Under the pieces are notes generated by a model, which did no database searches, was not told where the DNA came from, and saw only the letters and a list, made by a program, of their open reading frames with translations. A stretch of 62,677 bases of DNA, the filler included, from Asterionella formosa (lineage: Eukaryota), in NCBI GenBank assembly GCA_002256025.1. It is 18 parts of 18 records of this genome, joined end to end, with 100 filler letters (N's around TTAATTAATTAA, not from the genome) between each part and the next. Parts side by side here need not be neighbours in the genome. Positions count along the whole stretch, not along the records: positions 1 to 3,405 come from NKIB01014182.1; positions 3,506 to 6,908 come from NKIB01014183.1; positions 7,009 to 10,407 come from NKIB01014184.1; positions 10,508 to 13,905 come from NKIB01014185.1; 14 more parts are not named here. One strand, written 5' to 3'. A program made the position numbers and the translations under genes. This document shows positions 1-12,050 of the stretch, one piece after another (position 1 is the first letter of the stretch; each line of letters starts with the position of its first letter).

Positions 1-28
1 AACTATCTTGAAGAAGCCAGGGAACTAT

Positions 29-985
29 TTAAATTAGAGGGAAAAGGAAGGAAAATGGGTAGAGAATTCCTGTTCGAAGGGTGTTGGCGAATTTTGAAGG
101 ATGCCCCAAAGTGGAAGGGTGGGTGTGCATATGCCAATTTGGGTAGATTCCGTCAACCAAATAATACCCCAGATTGTGTTGTTGGTTGTTGATGGCAAAC
201 TGTACTTTTGGAGTCCTTCCAGCTGACAAATCATGGAAAAACGGTGAACGATCCAAAATATTAAGATCATTGTTTGCCCCGGGCATTCCAAACCATGCAT
301 GCCAGAACCAAAGTCTACAATCAACCGCAGCTTCCAAAGCAATTGTCGCCACTCCTTCTTTTCCTTGATATGCTCCTCTGTGTGCTTTGGGACAGTTTTT
401 CCACTCCCAATGCATGACATCCAATGAACCAAGAAGACCCGGCCAACCCTTTCCTTCATGCAAACGTAGAATCATCTCAAGGTCCTCTTTGGTCGGAGCT
501 CTAAGATACTCTTTCCCATACCTGTTGATTATTGCGTTACAGAAGTGTTGCAAGTTGTTGAGTGTTGTTGACTCTGACATCCTTGTTAAATCATCCAACT
601 GATCAGCCGATGTTCCATAGGCTAACATGCGAAGCGCCGAGGTAAGTTTTTGGTGTGGCGAAAATCCCAGTAAACCCAAGGCATCCTTCTTCTGAGAAAA
701 GTAAGAATCCGAAGAAACCAAATCATCAAGAATCTTCTCAAACAACGAACGTCTCATCCGGAAGCGCCTCCTGAACATTGCTGACGAGTAAATCGGATTT
801 TCACCGAAATAATCCTTTTTCAAAAGCTTGTCATAGTCTGTCCGAAAACGATTGAGATTGGATGCCTTTCCCACCTTTGATCCTCCTCCCTTGTTTCTTT
901 CTTGCTTGGCATTCTCGCGTTGCTTCCGCATATCGCGGAAGTGGAAGAAGCGATCGTCATCTGACGAGTCGCTATCATTGCTCAT
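29..985 (-). pseudogene. PIF/Harbinger DDE transposase, 3'-truncated
   Basis: Motifs FRRRFRM, LRMLAYG, GSLDVMHWEWKNCP, FGMPGANND and YYLVDGIYP. Likely ATG at 985 (MSNDSD). Similarity stops after DGIYPNW (~pos 135), so the last catalytic segment is missing. Confidence 0.9.
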
Positions 986-1244
986 TTTCGCTGTGTCGAA
1001 ACAAAAGTCATATTTATTGGTAATAATAAAGAAGCCACAATTCTCTACGAACAATATTCAAGTACATAGTTGTAATATTTTTTGATGGGCAGTACCAGAT
1101 AGTACCGGTAGGAGTATTGCTAGCTGTTTAAGAATAAGGTATGTATGCGGCTACTTCATGAATTAAAAGCGATACACACGAAACTACAGTCTACCTTTAT
1201 TTCTATTGGCTAATAATTTAGGCGCGAGATTTGACTAATATAAG

Positions 1245-1378
1245 ATTTGGTCGATGCGGTGGGAAAAAAAAAGAAAAATTCGACTATTGATAAAAAATTT
1301 CTCGACCAAGTGACGTGTATTGATATTTTCAACTGCAATTGGCTTTGGTATTTGGTCGATGCGGTGGAGATGCTCTTA
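1245..1378 (-). mobile_element. Left end/TIR of the Harbinger element with TAA target site
   Basis: The minus strand reads TAA|GAGCATCTCCACCGCATCGACCAAAT (element end 1375). The subterminal motif ATTTGGTCGATGCGGTGG occurs at 1245-1262 and 1350-1367. GAGC termini with TAA/TTA target duplications are typical of PIF/Harbinger. Confidence 0.75.
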
Positions 1379-1602
1379 TACCGGTATACCTTTACTTTTA
1401 CGAGGGTCAGCCAGTGTCCAGGGTAGTATATACCGGTATATTAATACACGTATGCAATATATTCTGACTCGAAGATGAGCAGAATACCGGTAATTGGGTT
1501 TGTGCTTGCTACATTCTAAGTAGTCAACACAGAATCCTACGCCATGTAGGTAACTTTGGAAAAAGGTGTTTGGTTGGTTTTTTTTTCACGGTTAGCACTG
1601 GC

Positions 1603-1730
1603 CTTAAGTACCAAACGCTTACTTACTTTCAACTTAAGCACCTAAGAAAGCTTATTTACTTTCAACTTAAGCGCCAAACGCTTACTTACTTTTAACTTAA
1701 GCACCAAATGCTTATTCACTTTTAACTTAA
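1603..1730 (+). repeat. ~30-bp tandem minisatellite, about 4 copies
   Basis: Unit approx. CTTAAGCACCAAACGCTTACTTACTTTCAA, head-to-tail with no spacers. Confidence 0.9.
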
Positions 1731-2559
1731 ACAGCAAGGGTCACGAGCACAAGCCAAGCCTCCACGGAAGCGTGCTAGCCCTGGCACGACGCGCTCTCAA
1801 TATATATATTAAGTTCTGTATAATTAGCTAATAATATTTAACCCCCAAAATTATTGTCGTTAAACGGTTTTAAGCAGGTTTTCCGGATGTCTCAGGGATA
1901 GAGGGATATTCTATAATTTAATGATGTTTGATTGTGGTGCATTTGTACTAGCCTAGTTACAGGATTGTAATCATTGCGCTCCCACTCCATGGCCAGAAAG
2001 GTACTAATGGGGTGGTGGTCACTCCCTTGTGCAGGAATTCGTCTGTGAATGAAAAAAGCATTATGGCCTAACATTTTGGCTCTATTATCAACTGCCCCAA
2101 AATTATTGCAGTATAACTTTTTTGATTGATCATAAATAACAAGTCATTGATCACACAAGAAAAGTTATTTATCAATAATTTTTCGCGTGTATGATCATTA
2201 ACATTTGTGTTCATGATTAATTATATACATATTGTTAATTAATCAAACAGTTTTTAAATGTCGTATCAGTAAGTGTACCAGCCTTTTGTATTATAAATTG
2301 AATGTATTTATATATCAATACATTCTAAACTCATTGATCTAACAATGTCAATATTGTTAAGACAGCACTGTTACTTTATTATCAAATAATTTTCCAATTT
2401 ACCATCTAAAGATAGCAACCGTTCAATCAAGTCAATTGATCTCTTGATCTTTCGTTTGGAGAGCTTTGATCAAGTGCTATTTACCTTTCGACTAAGGTAA
2501 TAATGAAGTAAGATCTAAAACAATCTTATAACTGGTCAAGCATATTATGATGTTTGCCA

Positions 2560-2908
2560 GAAATTAAGTTTCGGTGAGAAAGTCCAGAAAGGAACTTCGG
2601 TTTTTTTACTTGGCCAAATAAACAAGTTGGCCCAGTAATATCCACTCTTTTCAGCATAGTTTTAAAAACCGAAGTTCTTATCTGCACTTTCTTGCCAGAT
2701 CCTATATCCTGATGATATATAGCATTGACCTATACCCCTACTCTGATCAATGACTGTATCTAAGCATATGGAAAGGGTGTATATTGGTGAAAGCTCTGTT
2801 TAGCATTATACATTTATGTTTACTCGTTGGTAGTGTGTGTTTGACTACTCTGACTTCTTAAAAAAAAATTTAACCCTACCTCGGCTTAGGGGTTCAAATG
2901 CAAGAACC
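2560..2908 (-). mobile_element. MITE family B copy (terminus GGTTCYTGCATTTGAACCCCTA)
   Basis: Reverse complement matches 17101-17402. Internal inverted repeat at ~2576-2605 / ~2664-2693. Inner boundary approximate. Confidence 0.75.
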
Positions 2909-3272
2909 TAAAGTACGTACCGGGTAGTGTTTGTAGAGATAGAGAGTAGTGCGAGAAGACGAGAGGCATTCACAGACAAACAGACAGACACATGAATTTA
3001 CGTCATGATAGGACAGTGATTCGTCATCACAAACGTCTGGTAGAGGTACCAAGGGTACCAGGTATTGTAGTTGAGTCGGCACGATCAAGTACATCCCAAT
3101 ATATTATATACCCGGTACATATAAGAATAAATACAGTGGGAATTCTTCACTTTTTGGTCACTGTCTGCCAGCCTACAGTATTACCCGGTAGGTAGAGGAG
3201 ACTGTTCACAATACCCCTTTCATATTCGAGCTCTATGTCTTGACCACACTGCGGCGTGTAACAAAACGAACG

Positions 3273-3405
3273 ATGATCTCTTGTGCTCGTCGCCTTTCGG
3301 TCGCTCATGGCCGCCGAGCGGCGTCCAATCTCGTCATTCCTCGAGTAGTCGATAAACGACCCACAGAACAAGGTCCTGGAGGAAGAGCCTCCGATGCAGG
3401 ATTCA
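3273..3405 (+). CDS. NDUFA9: 5' fragment of probable mitochondrial complex I 39-kDa subunit
   Basis: Arg-rich presequence MISCARRLSVAHGRRAAS followed by GPGGRASDAG, resembling the GxGGRSS N-terminal motif of NDUFA9. Cut by the contig end. Confidence 0.55.
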
Positions 3406-3505
3406 NNNNNNNNNNNNNNNNNNNNNNNNNNNNNNNNNNNNNNNNNNNNTTAATTAATTAANNNNNNNNNNNNNNNNNNNNNNNNNNNNNNNNNNNNNNN
3501 NNNNN
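3406..3505. other. Artificial contig spacer N44-TTAATTAATTAA-N44 (first of 17)
   Basis: Identical 100-bp spacers start at 3406, 6909, 10408, 13906, 17403, 20901, 24398, 27893, 31380, 34863, 38346, 41828, 45309, 48788, 52259, 55733 and 59206. TTAATTAATTAA gives stops in all six frames. Contig lengths fall from 3405 to ~3372. Confidence 0.99.
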
Positions 3506-4725
3506 CGGATAGTACCTAGTACTGGTACCAGGTACCGTCCTCTCCTTATCGCTCCCAATACACATAAATCCCGGTATCTCCCTCCCCACCAACATACCCA
3601 ACGCCAAAACGAGCCCGCGCAGCCATATATATCAATAATCCATTCATTTCTACCGGACAAAGTACCAGGATTCTACTTGCTACACCAGGCAGACATCTAA
3701 CATCGGGTGCATATTACATGGTACGAGTTATAAATGGCTTTGAGCCACATTACTCATACATCGTTGTCCGACTAATTCAAGAATTATGCTAAAATCGATC
3801 CCCTCTTTCCGTCACAATATTAGTTTGTTCATTAAGCTACATGAGAATTAGATCATGTTTTTCTTCAACATATATTAAATGAGATCTATACATTTTAAAA
3901 ATGACAAAACTGGTCGAAGTGACTCAAAGCCATTGATTAAAATTTTATCATACTACATGTAGTTATTTTTATAGGTGACAGTTAGAAAATAATATATTGT
4001 TTGCATGTTTTTTCGCAGAAGTTGGTTCTTGCATCATTCTTGGACTGGTGGTGTTCCCATTTTATCTTGTTGGTTTGTCACTCCATCAATGATAACTCCT
4101 CGCATTTTTTCGCAGTAGTCATTGCCTTGTTCTTAGATTGGTGGCCTGGTCCTCCCATCATATCTTGTCATGTTGCATCTACAACGCTAATAATTGGTAC
4201 AGCTGACAGAAAAAACGGTAGTCAAATCAAATGATCTTCTAAAATAATTATTTGGGTCTGTGGTGGCCCACTAGTATGATGACAACAAATTGGGCTACAT
4301 ACATAATTTAAGGGCATGACCTCTGCCCTACTACAGTTGTCAGGATTAAACAAGTAGGTTCTGGTTAATTATGAGCTTAATGATTAATGTATCTATTTTA
4401 GCTCCTAGTCCAAGGGGACTCACAAGGGCCTTGATGAGATGGGTACGAACTAGCTAGGTGTCAAGAGTCCATGCTAGGTGTCATCTTTTAGCCTAGCATT
4501 GGTACGTCTAGAGGTACATCTGTACCAATAGTTATCACGTAGGAGTAACATAGTATAGCTGCAGGTACATAATGCAATATGTACTACGAGCTACATCCTG
4601 ATAACCGTGTATATAGCATCACGTACTAATCATGCATGATCAGTCCCATGTACATGTATATGTACTACGTATGGGTTCCATGGTAGTCGTAGTTGTGTAA
4701 CAGTTGTGGATAGATCCAAAGATGT

Positions 4726-5128
4726 ATATCTAATGAAAGGGTGGGAGGAGTCATCCATGCACCACCTGTTGGATGTGAAATATGGAAATGATCAAATATA
4801 GTCTACAAAAGGAGCAGTGCATCATATATGCCCTGTTATTTAATTTCTATGAAATCTCTTGATCTGTTCTGCACTTTTTCGCCACAATTGTTTTCATTGG
4901 CTGTTTCACTGGTGGATAGCATTCGAGTTGATTGTGCTTCGAATGAAGCAATGATCAAAGTCCACCCCATTGCAGCAGAATGGTGAGTCTCAAAACTATG
5001 TAGCAGCCAGTCGATTAAAATGGGACTGTCTTTATCAAAATTATTAGATGATATAAAGAAAAATTATGATCAGATGATCATAATCCTATGATGCATCATA
5101 GGAATATAATGGTTTTTATTTGCAGACG
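4726..5128 (-). mobile_element. Internally deleted copy of a Tc1/IS630-like element (family C terminus joined to transposase 3' relic)
   Basis: 4726-5032 matches 51016-51323. 5033-5128 matches 14140-14234 and, inverted, 54622-54718. The minus strand holds a degenerate FETH...DFD motif. Confidence 0.6.
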
Positions 5129-5309
5129 TTTTGGTTGACGTGGTACTATACATAGACAGAGTGTATTTTTGTAAATCTCTACAGTGAGAGTAAACAAGTA
5201 TATGGTCTGTATAGAAGTGCCTATAAGGTTAACGTTATATAGGACTTATACCATCTAATGATATACCGGTAGTATATCTAGTGTGGTACATACTGCTGTA
5301 CCATAGTTC

Positions 5310-5778
5310 ATGTTTGCACGTACAAATTCCGATTCCAATATTTTGGCGACTGTTGAAAAAGCCGATTGGGTCGACTTTTTGGAGGATGATTGCTCTACAT
5401 CTTCGTGGTTTCATGAAGAATGATATAGATTGCTGTGTACCCTAAAACGTCAGGAGTTAACTTCTGCAGAGAAGTGGCAGCTATCCCCAATAGATTTTTT
5501 AAGCTTTGTAGCCCCTTTTTGGGGTAGTTACGATTCCTAGGGGGAAAACTGCCACTTCTCTCCAGAAATGAGGTCCTTACCATATCTGAATATAGATCAT
5601 ACCCTTTAGTCGAGCAATGACTGTATCTAAGCATATGCAAAGTGGTAGTATTGGTGAAAGCTAATTTTTCCTTTAGCTAACTATTTTATTTAGTCGCACA
5701 TACTGTATAAAATTAAGGTCATCATAAAAATATTTTGGAAGAAAAGACCTCGCGATGTGCAACCGCGGGGCCGCAACC
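5310..5778 (-). mobile_element. MITE family A, left-end portion
   Basis: Ends GGGGCCGCAACC|TTGA at 5778. Homologous (inverted) to 10912-11355 and 21962-22320. Internal inverted repeat TTCTGCAGAGAAGTGGCAG ... CTGCCACTTCTCTCCAGAA. Confidence 0.8.
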
Positions 5779-6573
5779 TTGAGTATCTCTATGTTTTGGG
5801 AATGTTTACACGAAGCAAGAAGCAATTACCGGTACTGCAACTTGCAGTACTATGAGGCTATGAGGTACCTAGTAAAAAGAGGAACAGGCAGACAGCCAAG
5901 CGATTATTCTCCACGCGTCGGCAATTCAATCGCTCGGCCTTGCGGTATCATAAGAAGACGAAATACCGGTAGACTCCTACACACTGTTATACTAGAGTAC
6001 CGGTACGAACAAGCGTGCGGTACTGGACCTCCTCTGTGCGAAACGTAGTACCAGGTACCCCCTGGTACCGGTACCGGTAAGCATACCCGGTAAGTTAAGA
6101 GCAAAGATACCAGGTACCACCAGTACCGTAGTGGTCTACCTAGCGTTACTTGGTACCTGGCACAAGGACATAGTATTACTATACCGCCGGTAAACTACCT
6201 GCAGTCCCTTGGTACCTGGTACCAGGGAGTACCTAGAACCAGGATCCAGGTACCAAAATTTGTGCTTGGTTGGATTTTTAAATAAGCAAGAACGTGCGAA
6301 GTATATTAGACTACCGATATCATATTTTGATATTCTAATAGCATCCATGCCGTTCCATCTTGTAATAATTATACCGTACGTATTGCTATTAGCTGATGTG
6401 TTTCGCCTTGGCTTTCTCATCATTGATCATTCTACTTACAGTTACTGCCGCGAATAATCATCCGTAGGTGGACATACAAAACGACAGCACTCAGCAGTTG
6501 GAAACGAGGGATCAGACTGGACACTGCATTTCCAATATTAATAGATTCGGCGAGAGAGAAATACAGACCAAGT

Positions 6574-6908
6574 ATGAAGATTAAACAATGGCTGATAATT
6601 CCGTCCTGCCTGATAGGAGCGGAACGCTCTGTTTTCCCCCGACGAATAGCGCTTCAATGCCGAGGCGGCTCCAGTGGTGAAATCCCTCCGCTGCCTAGCG
6701 ACGCATATCCCTCTTCACAAATCCCACAAAGTCAGCAACAGCAACAATCGACAGGCTATCCGCCAGATTTTCCAAATTACAGGGCGGGACCTCCACCAAC
6801 ACTACCTCAGCAGGGTTACGGAAATCAGGGTCAATCATATCATCAAGGTCCTCCTCCTCCGAGAGAGCCACCGCCTCCGCCCTTTCCAAGCCAACAAAAT
6901 CAACAGCA
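6574..6908 (+). CDS. 5' part of a Pro/Gln-rich protein with putative signal peptide
   Basis: Hydrophobic N-terminus, then an RGG motif and a low-complexity P/Q/Y tract. Open to the contig end. Confidence 0.6.
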
Positions 6909-7504
6909 NNNNNNNNNNNNNNNNNNNNNNNNNNNNNNNNNNNNNNNNNNNNTTAATTAATTAANNNNNNNNNNNNNNNNNNNNNNNNNNNNNNNNNNNN
7001 NNNNNNNNGATTTGTGAGATGATTCGCATGGGGGATGAGCAGGAGTGAAGTAAACAGTGTCAGCCATAAAAAATTTCAGGAGGAGCAGGAGTGAGAGGAG
7101 CAGCATGGGCGGACAGCGCCATGGTCACGGGTGATAAAAGCAGTCGCAGCGCCTTGGGAACGGCTGTAGGTTGTGTACAAGAGTAGCATAATTAATTGAG
7201 GGCAAGTAACCTGGAAAGTTCAAGGTTGCATTGTTGAAAAAGTACCGACGAGCCTGATACTTGCTTTACATACCGGTATATAGGCTATATATGATATTTT
7301 CTGTTGCTATGAAATCTGAATTAAAAACATTGTATAAATATAGAATGTATCATAACATGACCATTCATATCTTTTTCATATCTCTGCCAGATAACAATAT
7401 TTATCTAACAATATGTCCTCCAAAGTTGACTAGAGTATACATAGTTCCAGTCCAAGAAAGCTTCCTATCTTCTCAAAACTTTGATTGTATTTATTGTATA
7501 ACAA

Positions 7505-7810
7505 TGAGGGAACGGCATAGTGGTTTAGCAAATTGCCTTTGATCTGAGGTTGTGAGGTTCGATTGTTCCCGCAATTATTTTGAGAAACAATTGTTGAGTT
7601 TGACTCCCACACTCCTCACCATCCCGCACGGCCTTGCCTGGTGTGCAAAAAATGAGTGGGTTGCCCCCCCCCCCCCCCCACAAGCAGCTTGTGACGCCTT
7701 CCTAGTAAGCGGTCGGAGTTTCCCCTAATGCTGCAGCTAAGACGATCATCATCTTTTGCGAAAGGTCATCGGGGACTCACCTACGCTAACAAGACTAGGG
7801 AAGCACAGGA
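7505..7810 (+). mobile_element. tRNA-derived SINE-like element
   Basis: A-box-like CGGCATAGTGG, B-box GGTTCGATT (7556), second B-box-like GAGTTTGACTCCC (7596). 5' TGAGG can pair with CCTCA-CCA (ends 7621). The body at 7690-7810 is homologous to 14238-14352. Confidence 0.5.
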
Positions 7811-8783
7811 GGTAGCACAATGAAAGAGTTGCCTAAAAATAGGGGAGTACAATTGGCTATAAAATATACTATCCATTTGTATTGTATTACAATGGTCCTT
7901 TTCTGTGTAGATACAATAACTGGCTGTTTAGTATTCACAAAAAGAGAACGATATCAAAAAGTACTAATTTTAGTATTATAGCACTTGCTGCGCCTGCCCA
8001 GAACAAATACAATAACTGTCGTTGGTGTTGTTGTTCTCCACGAGCTATGATCTCTTATTCATTCCAAGAGTGTGCCAGTAATTCGTTTCACATGATAGCT
8101 ACTAGCTACAGCAGGAAAAACGCAGTTATGACTTGCTCTGCTCATACTTACCTTAAAATTATGCTTTGCTCATCTTAATGTTGCATCATCTCATTGTCTG
8201 TCGAAGACAATGTGTGATTTGAGGAAACAAAACATTTTTTAGGATTTGTTAATAATTCAGCTGAAAGGCTCATCATGGTAAAATTTTGTTTTGTTCTTTC
8301 GTCGCCAATTTCTATATAATTCATACATTATTTCGCATGTGATAAAGATGAAACGATGTATGTAATTAAAAAATTTCATATTTTTCATGGAATAATACAC
8401 CAATCAACCTTTGATATCGACGAAATATAGTTTTGTTCTTTATTCACCAACTTCTGTTTGATCCATATATTTCTTCGCATATATTGTACTCCACACCAAG
8501 CAACCATTGCTTACCTTAGAAAAATTTAGTTGAGTATTCGAAATATAAAGGATTTATGCACAATTAACATAAATTTTAAAACGCAGCTTTGAAATGCATA
8601 TTTGATCGGAAACACAAAATATTGATCCCTACGAAGAAAGCGTCCAACAGAAGTGTTTCAGAAATATGCTGCGAAGTTGAACGCGAATACAAATTTGACT
8701 GAGCTTGATCCCCATTATATCTACAAAAGTAGTTCGAGAGGTCGGGATGACTATACCATGGCCATTCCTGGGTCAATACTGAC

Positions 8784-9050
8784 TTGATTACAGTGAACCT
8801 CTACTATTTTTTAATTGGTGTTTACGGGGCCAAGTACATAATTTCAGGGGGCTCGAGAGTCAACAAAATTTTCTTGATTTCTCTTTATCTCAGTGATAAT
8901 TCAATTGGTGACAAGAATGGTGGCAAGGCCATTTCAGAGGCCCTCAAGGTTCCCAATACTTTCTTGAGAATCCTTAATCTTGTACACAATTTAATTGGCA
9001 CCAGGGTCATTGCAGAGGCCCTCGAGGTCAATCCTGTCTTGAAATTCTTT
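8784..9050 (+). pseudogene. Degenerate RNI-like/NLRC3-type LRR fragment
   Basis: LYLSDNSIGDK..GKAISEALKV and LNLVHNLIG..IAEALEVNPVL repeats with indels; no intact gene context. Confidence 0.65.
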
Positions 9051-10911
9051 TGCACCGCCGGTAGTGTGTCTAATATTTGTTTCATAGGGTGAATTGAGCG
9101 GTGGGCAGCCAATGTTACATAGGATCAAATATTGCTTGGTGGATGGAGTCGTGGGCGGGCGCCATGGGTGCTGTGCATGTTGTACTGTGGCATATAGAGC
9201 TGAGAATGATGCCTGAATATGTTCACAAATGTCGAAACCATAATTGGAAATAAAATTGAAATCAAAAAAATATTCCCCTCTACAATCCCAGCAAGTTTAG
9301 CAGCAGTGGTACAATGGAAATTGAAAGTATGTACATCTATGAAAACAAGCAACACTTTGGAAAAAAATGAAGCAAATTTCTATCTTTATATTCAAGAGCC
9401 AAGAGCTTTTAAGCAAGAGCTTGAGATAAATCAGCAAACCAGTAGTCTTATCCAATCGTGCATGATATGGAAAGGGCGAAAACAATAAATTCAAAACTTA
9501 CCAATACACACAGATTAGCAAATGAAGCTTCATCTGACACAACCAACAACACAAAACACTGATAGCAAAGCAGCCTACTAACACAAGCAAAATTTTATGG
9601 TATGAACTTTCCCAAAGCACTCAAACAACGATCGCCACTTTCGTCACAGGTTGAAAGACAAGGTGAGGGTGGATCAAAAACCGCAACCAGCATTCCCTGC
9701 TGGCACAAATATCGATCTATCTGACTCTCATTCAAGAGTCTCATTGAAGAGAATGTACTCACCCGCCATTTTTCCTGAGTGCTAGCGCATAGAGTCACCA
9801 TGTATGTTGGGCTGACACCAGCCAGGTGAAATTTGATTTCATAAACTCAGGCTTAGTTTTCCAGGAAGGGCCACGTGGGGTTCTCTACCAAACATATTGT
9901 AGTAGCTTTGAGGTGCTTCATAAATTCAGTTTATTTTATGGATGTATATATATATACTTAGAGCTAATAGTAATTTAATTTAAAGAACAAATTTATTCAC
10001 CAGGTTTGGAGAGCTCATATCATTTTAGCTGAATAAATGATTTTACCGGAACTTTGACATTCACATAGTAGGTCAGATATGAACTTGCTACTACATACAA
10101 TGAATTCTTCACACGAGTATGATACCACCACAGGACGGAATCCAGAATCCATTCGTATGCCATACATCTAAGCCGCGAAATACGCCACTTTTCGAAATTT
10201 CGTCTACGTATGAGTGTTAATTATGTGGTACTTCACATGCATTAATGCCACTCTTCACGTAAAAAAGATTACTTTTAACGGTTTCATGTGAAGTTTTAAC
10301 TGTTTCATGTGAAGTTTTCACAATGAATTTTGAACGCGAGACTGAATTAGTTGATGTTTCAAATAATTCATTTGACTTTTCGAAATTTCGTCTACGTACG
10401 AGTGTTANNNNNNNNNNNNNNNNNNNNNNNNNNNNNNNNNNNNNNNNNNNNTTAATTAATTAANNNNNNNNNNNNNNNNNNNNNNNNNNNNNNNNNNNNN
10501 NNNNNNNGTATGTAAATGCTGTCACTTCCACGCGGCATTGGATAAACTGAGACGAGCCACCCGAATTTCGTAATCAGATCCTCATTCTTGATGGAGGAGG
10601 ATCCATACCAACAAGCAAGTTGAGATAATGAGAAGTTTACCGGTAGTAATGTTCTCATTATCTTAGGTACCTGGTACCTGGTACCGGGTATATATATATG
10701 TAGAAAAAAGTCTTTTACCGCAACCACTCCCTCGGAAATCCTCTATTGTAAATACCAAGCAAATTGCAATCATTTCGCTTTAATAAAAAATTTAATATCG
10801 GATAAAGAAAGCAAAATACCGGTATTTAGTTTCAACACAATTACCGCAACTCCTGCTTGCAGCATGGCTGCTGCATGACGAAGATACGACACCATGCAAA
10901 TCCACAACATT

Positions 10912-12050
10912 CCCGGCCCGCCCGCAGTTGCACATAGCGAGGTCTGATGTGCTTCAATCTACACAGTGCATACAACTACATAAAATAAAGGAAAAATTAG
11001 CTTTCACCAATACGACCACTTTGCATACGCTTCGCAGATACAGAGATTGCTCTACTTAGGGGCATGATCTACTGATATATTCAGATGTGGTAAGGACCTC
11101 ATTTCTGGAGAGAAGTGGCAGTTATCCACCAAGGAATCGTAACTATCCAAAAAAGGGGCTATAAAGCTTAAAAAATCTACGGTGTATAACTGCCACTTCT
11201 CGCCAGAAATTAACTCCTGACGTTAAAGGATACACGGCTAACTATTTCATTCTTCATGAAACCTTGTAGATGTAGAGCAATCCTCATCCAAAAAGTCGAC
11301 CCGATCGGCTTTTTCAACAGTCGCCAAAATATTGGAATCGGAATTTGTGCATGCAACAAAGGTTCTCGTAGACTTAGAATCTTGCGTCGGTATTTTTGCT
11401 GAACAATTCTCTGTCCGAAAAGACTTCAGGGTAAGTTCAAGCATCAGCCACTGCACATAATCTGATCGGTTGAATTGAATTTTCTCACCTGCTCCAGATT
11501 CGCTGAAGTATCCTGGCCTTGTAAAATCACGCCAGCCACACTTGATCCACATGTATTTGATATACTGCATACCGATATGTAAAATCAGTTCTACCGGTAG
11601 TTTTATTCTGTCTTCCATCAGCATGAACCATGATTATGTACCTCGGCACTGAGTTATAAACCGGTACTAAATGCCTTTGGGCGCATAGTAGTATTGAAAC
11701 TGCTTTCAGCAACGTAGATTAAATACACATGTATAAATGAAATCAATTCTTTTGTTTGAACAAGAACCATGCGCATACATATTGGCATACTCCTGATTTA
11801 TTTGTGTGCTTTGGCATGGAGCAAAATTATGTCTACATAAAGCAATGCGGATATAATTAAGATGATTAAATATCATTTTTGTTTGTTTAAAATGAAACTC
11901 TATCAATCTGGCGCCGATTCTTATTTAATTCAAATATTCCAATGGGCACTCGAATCATGGGAATTCATGGAAGCAAACTCCTTGTTCCTTGCCGTTTTTA
12001 CAACCCTAGCGACATTTTCTCCAAACTAGGGTTAAGCTGGGGCCGCAACC
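10912..12050 (+). mobile_element. MITE family A, near full-length copy
   Basis: Right end GCTGGGGCCGCAACC|TAAA at 12050; degenerate left end CCCGCAGTTGCACATAGCGAGGTCT. Colinear with 21962-23166. Internal inverted repeat 11103-11125 / 11186-11208. Confidence 0.8.

Noticed and set aside
1603..1730. CRISPR-like array
   Set aside because: Units are head-to-tail with no unique spacers, there are no cas genes, and the context is eukaryotic.
3450..3461. Regularly spaced TTAATTAATTAA motif as a biological periodic repeat
   Set aside because: Always embedded in Ns; it is a six-frame stop linker.
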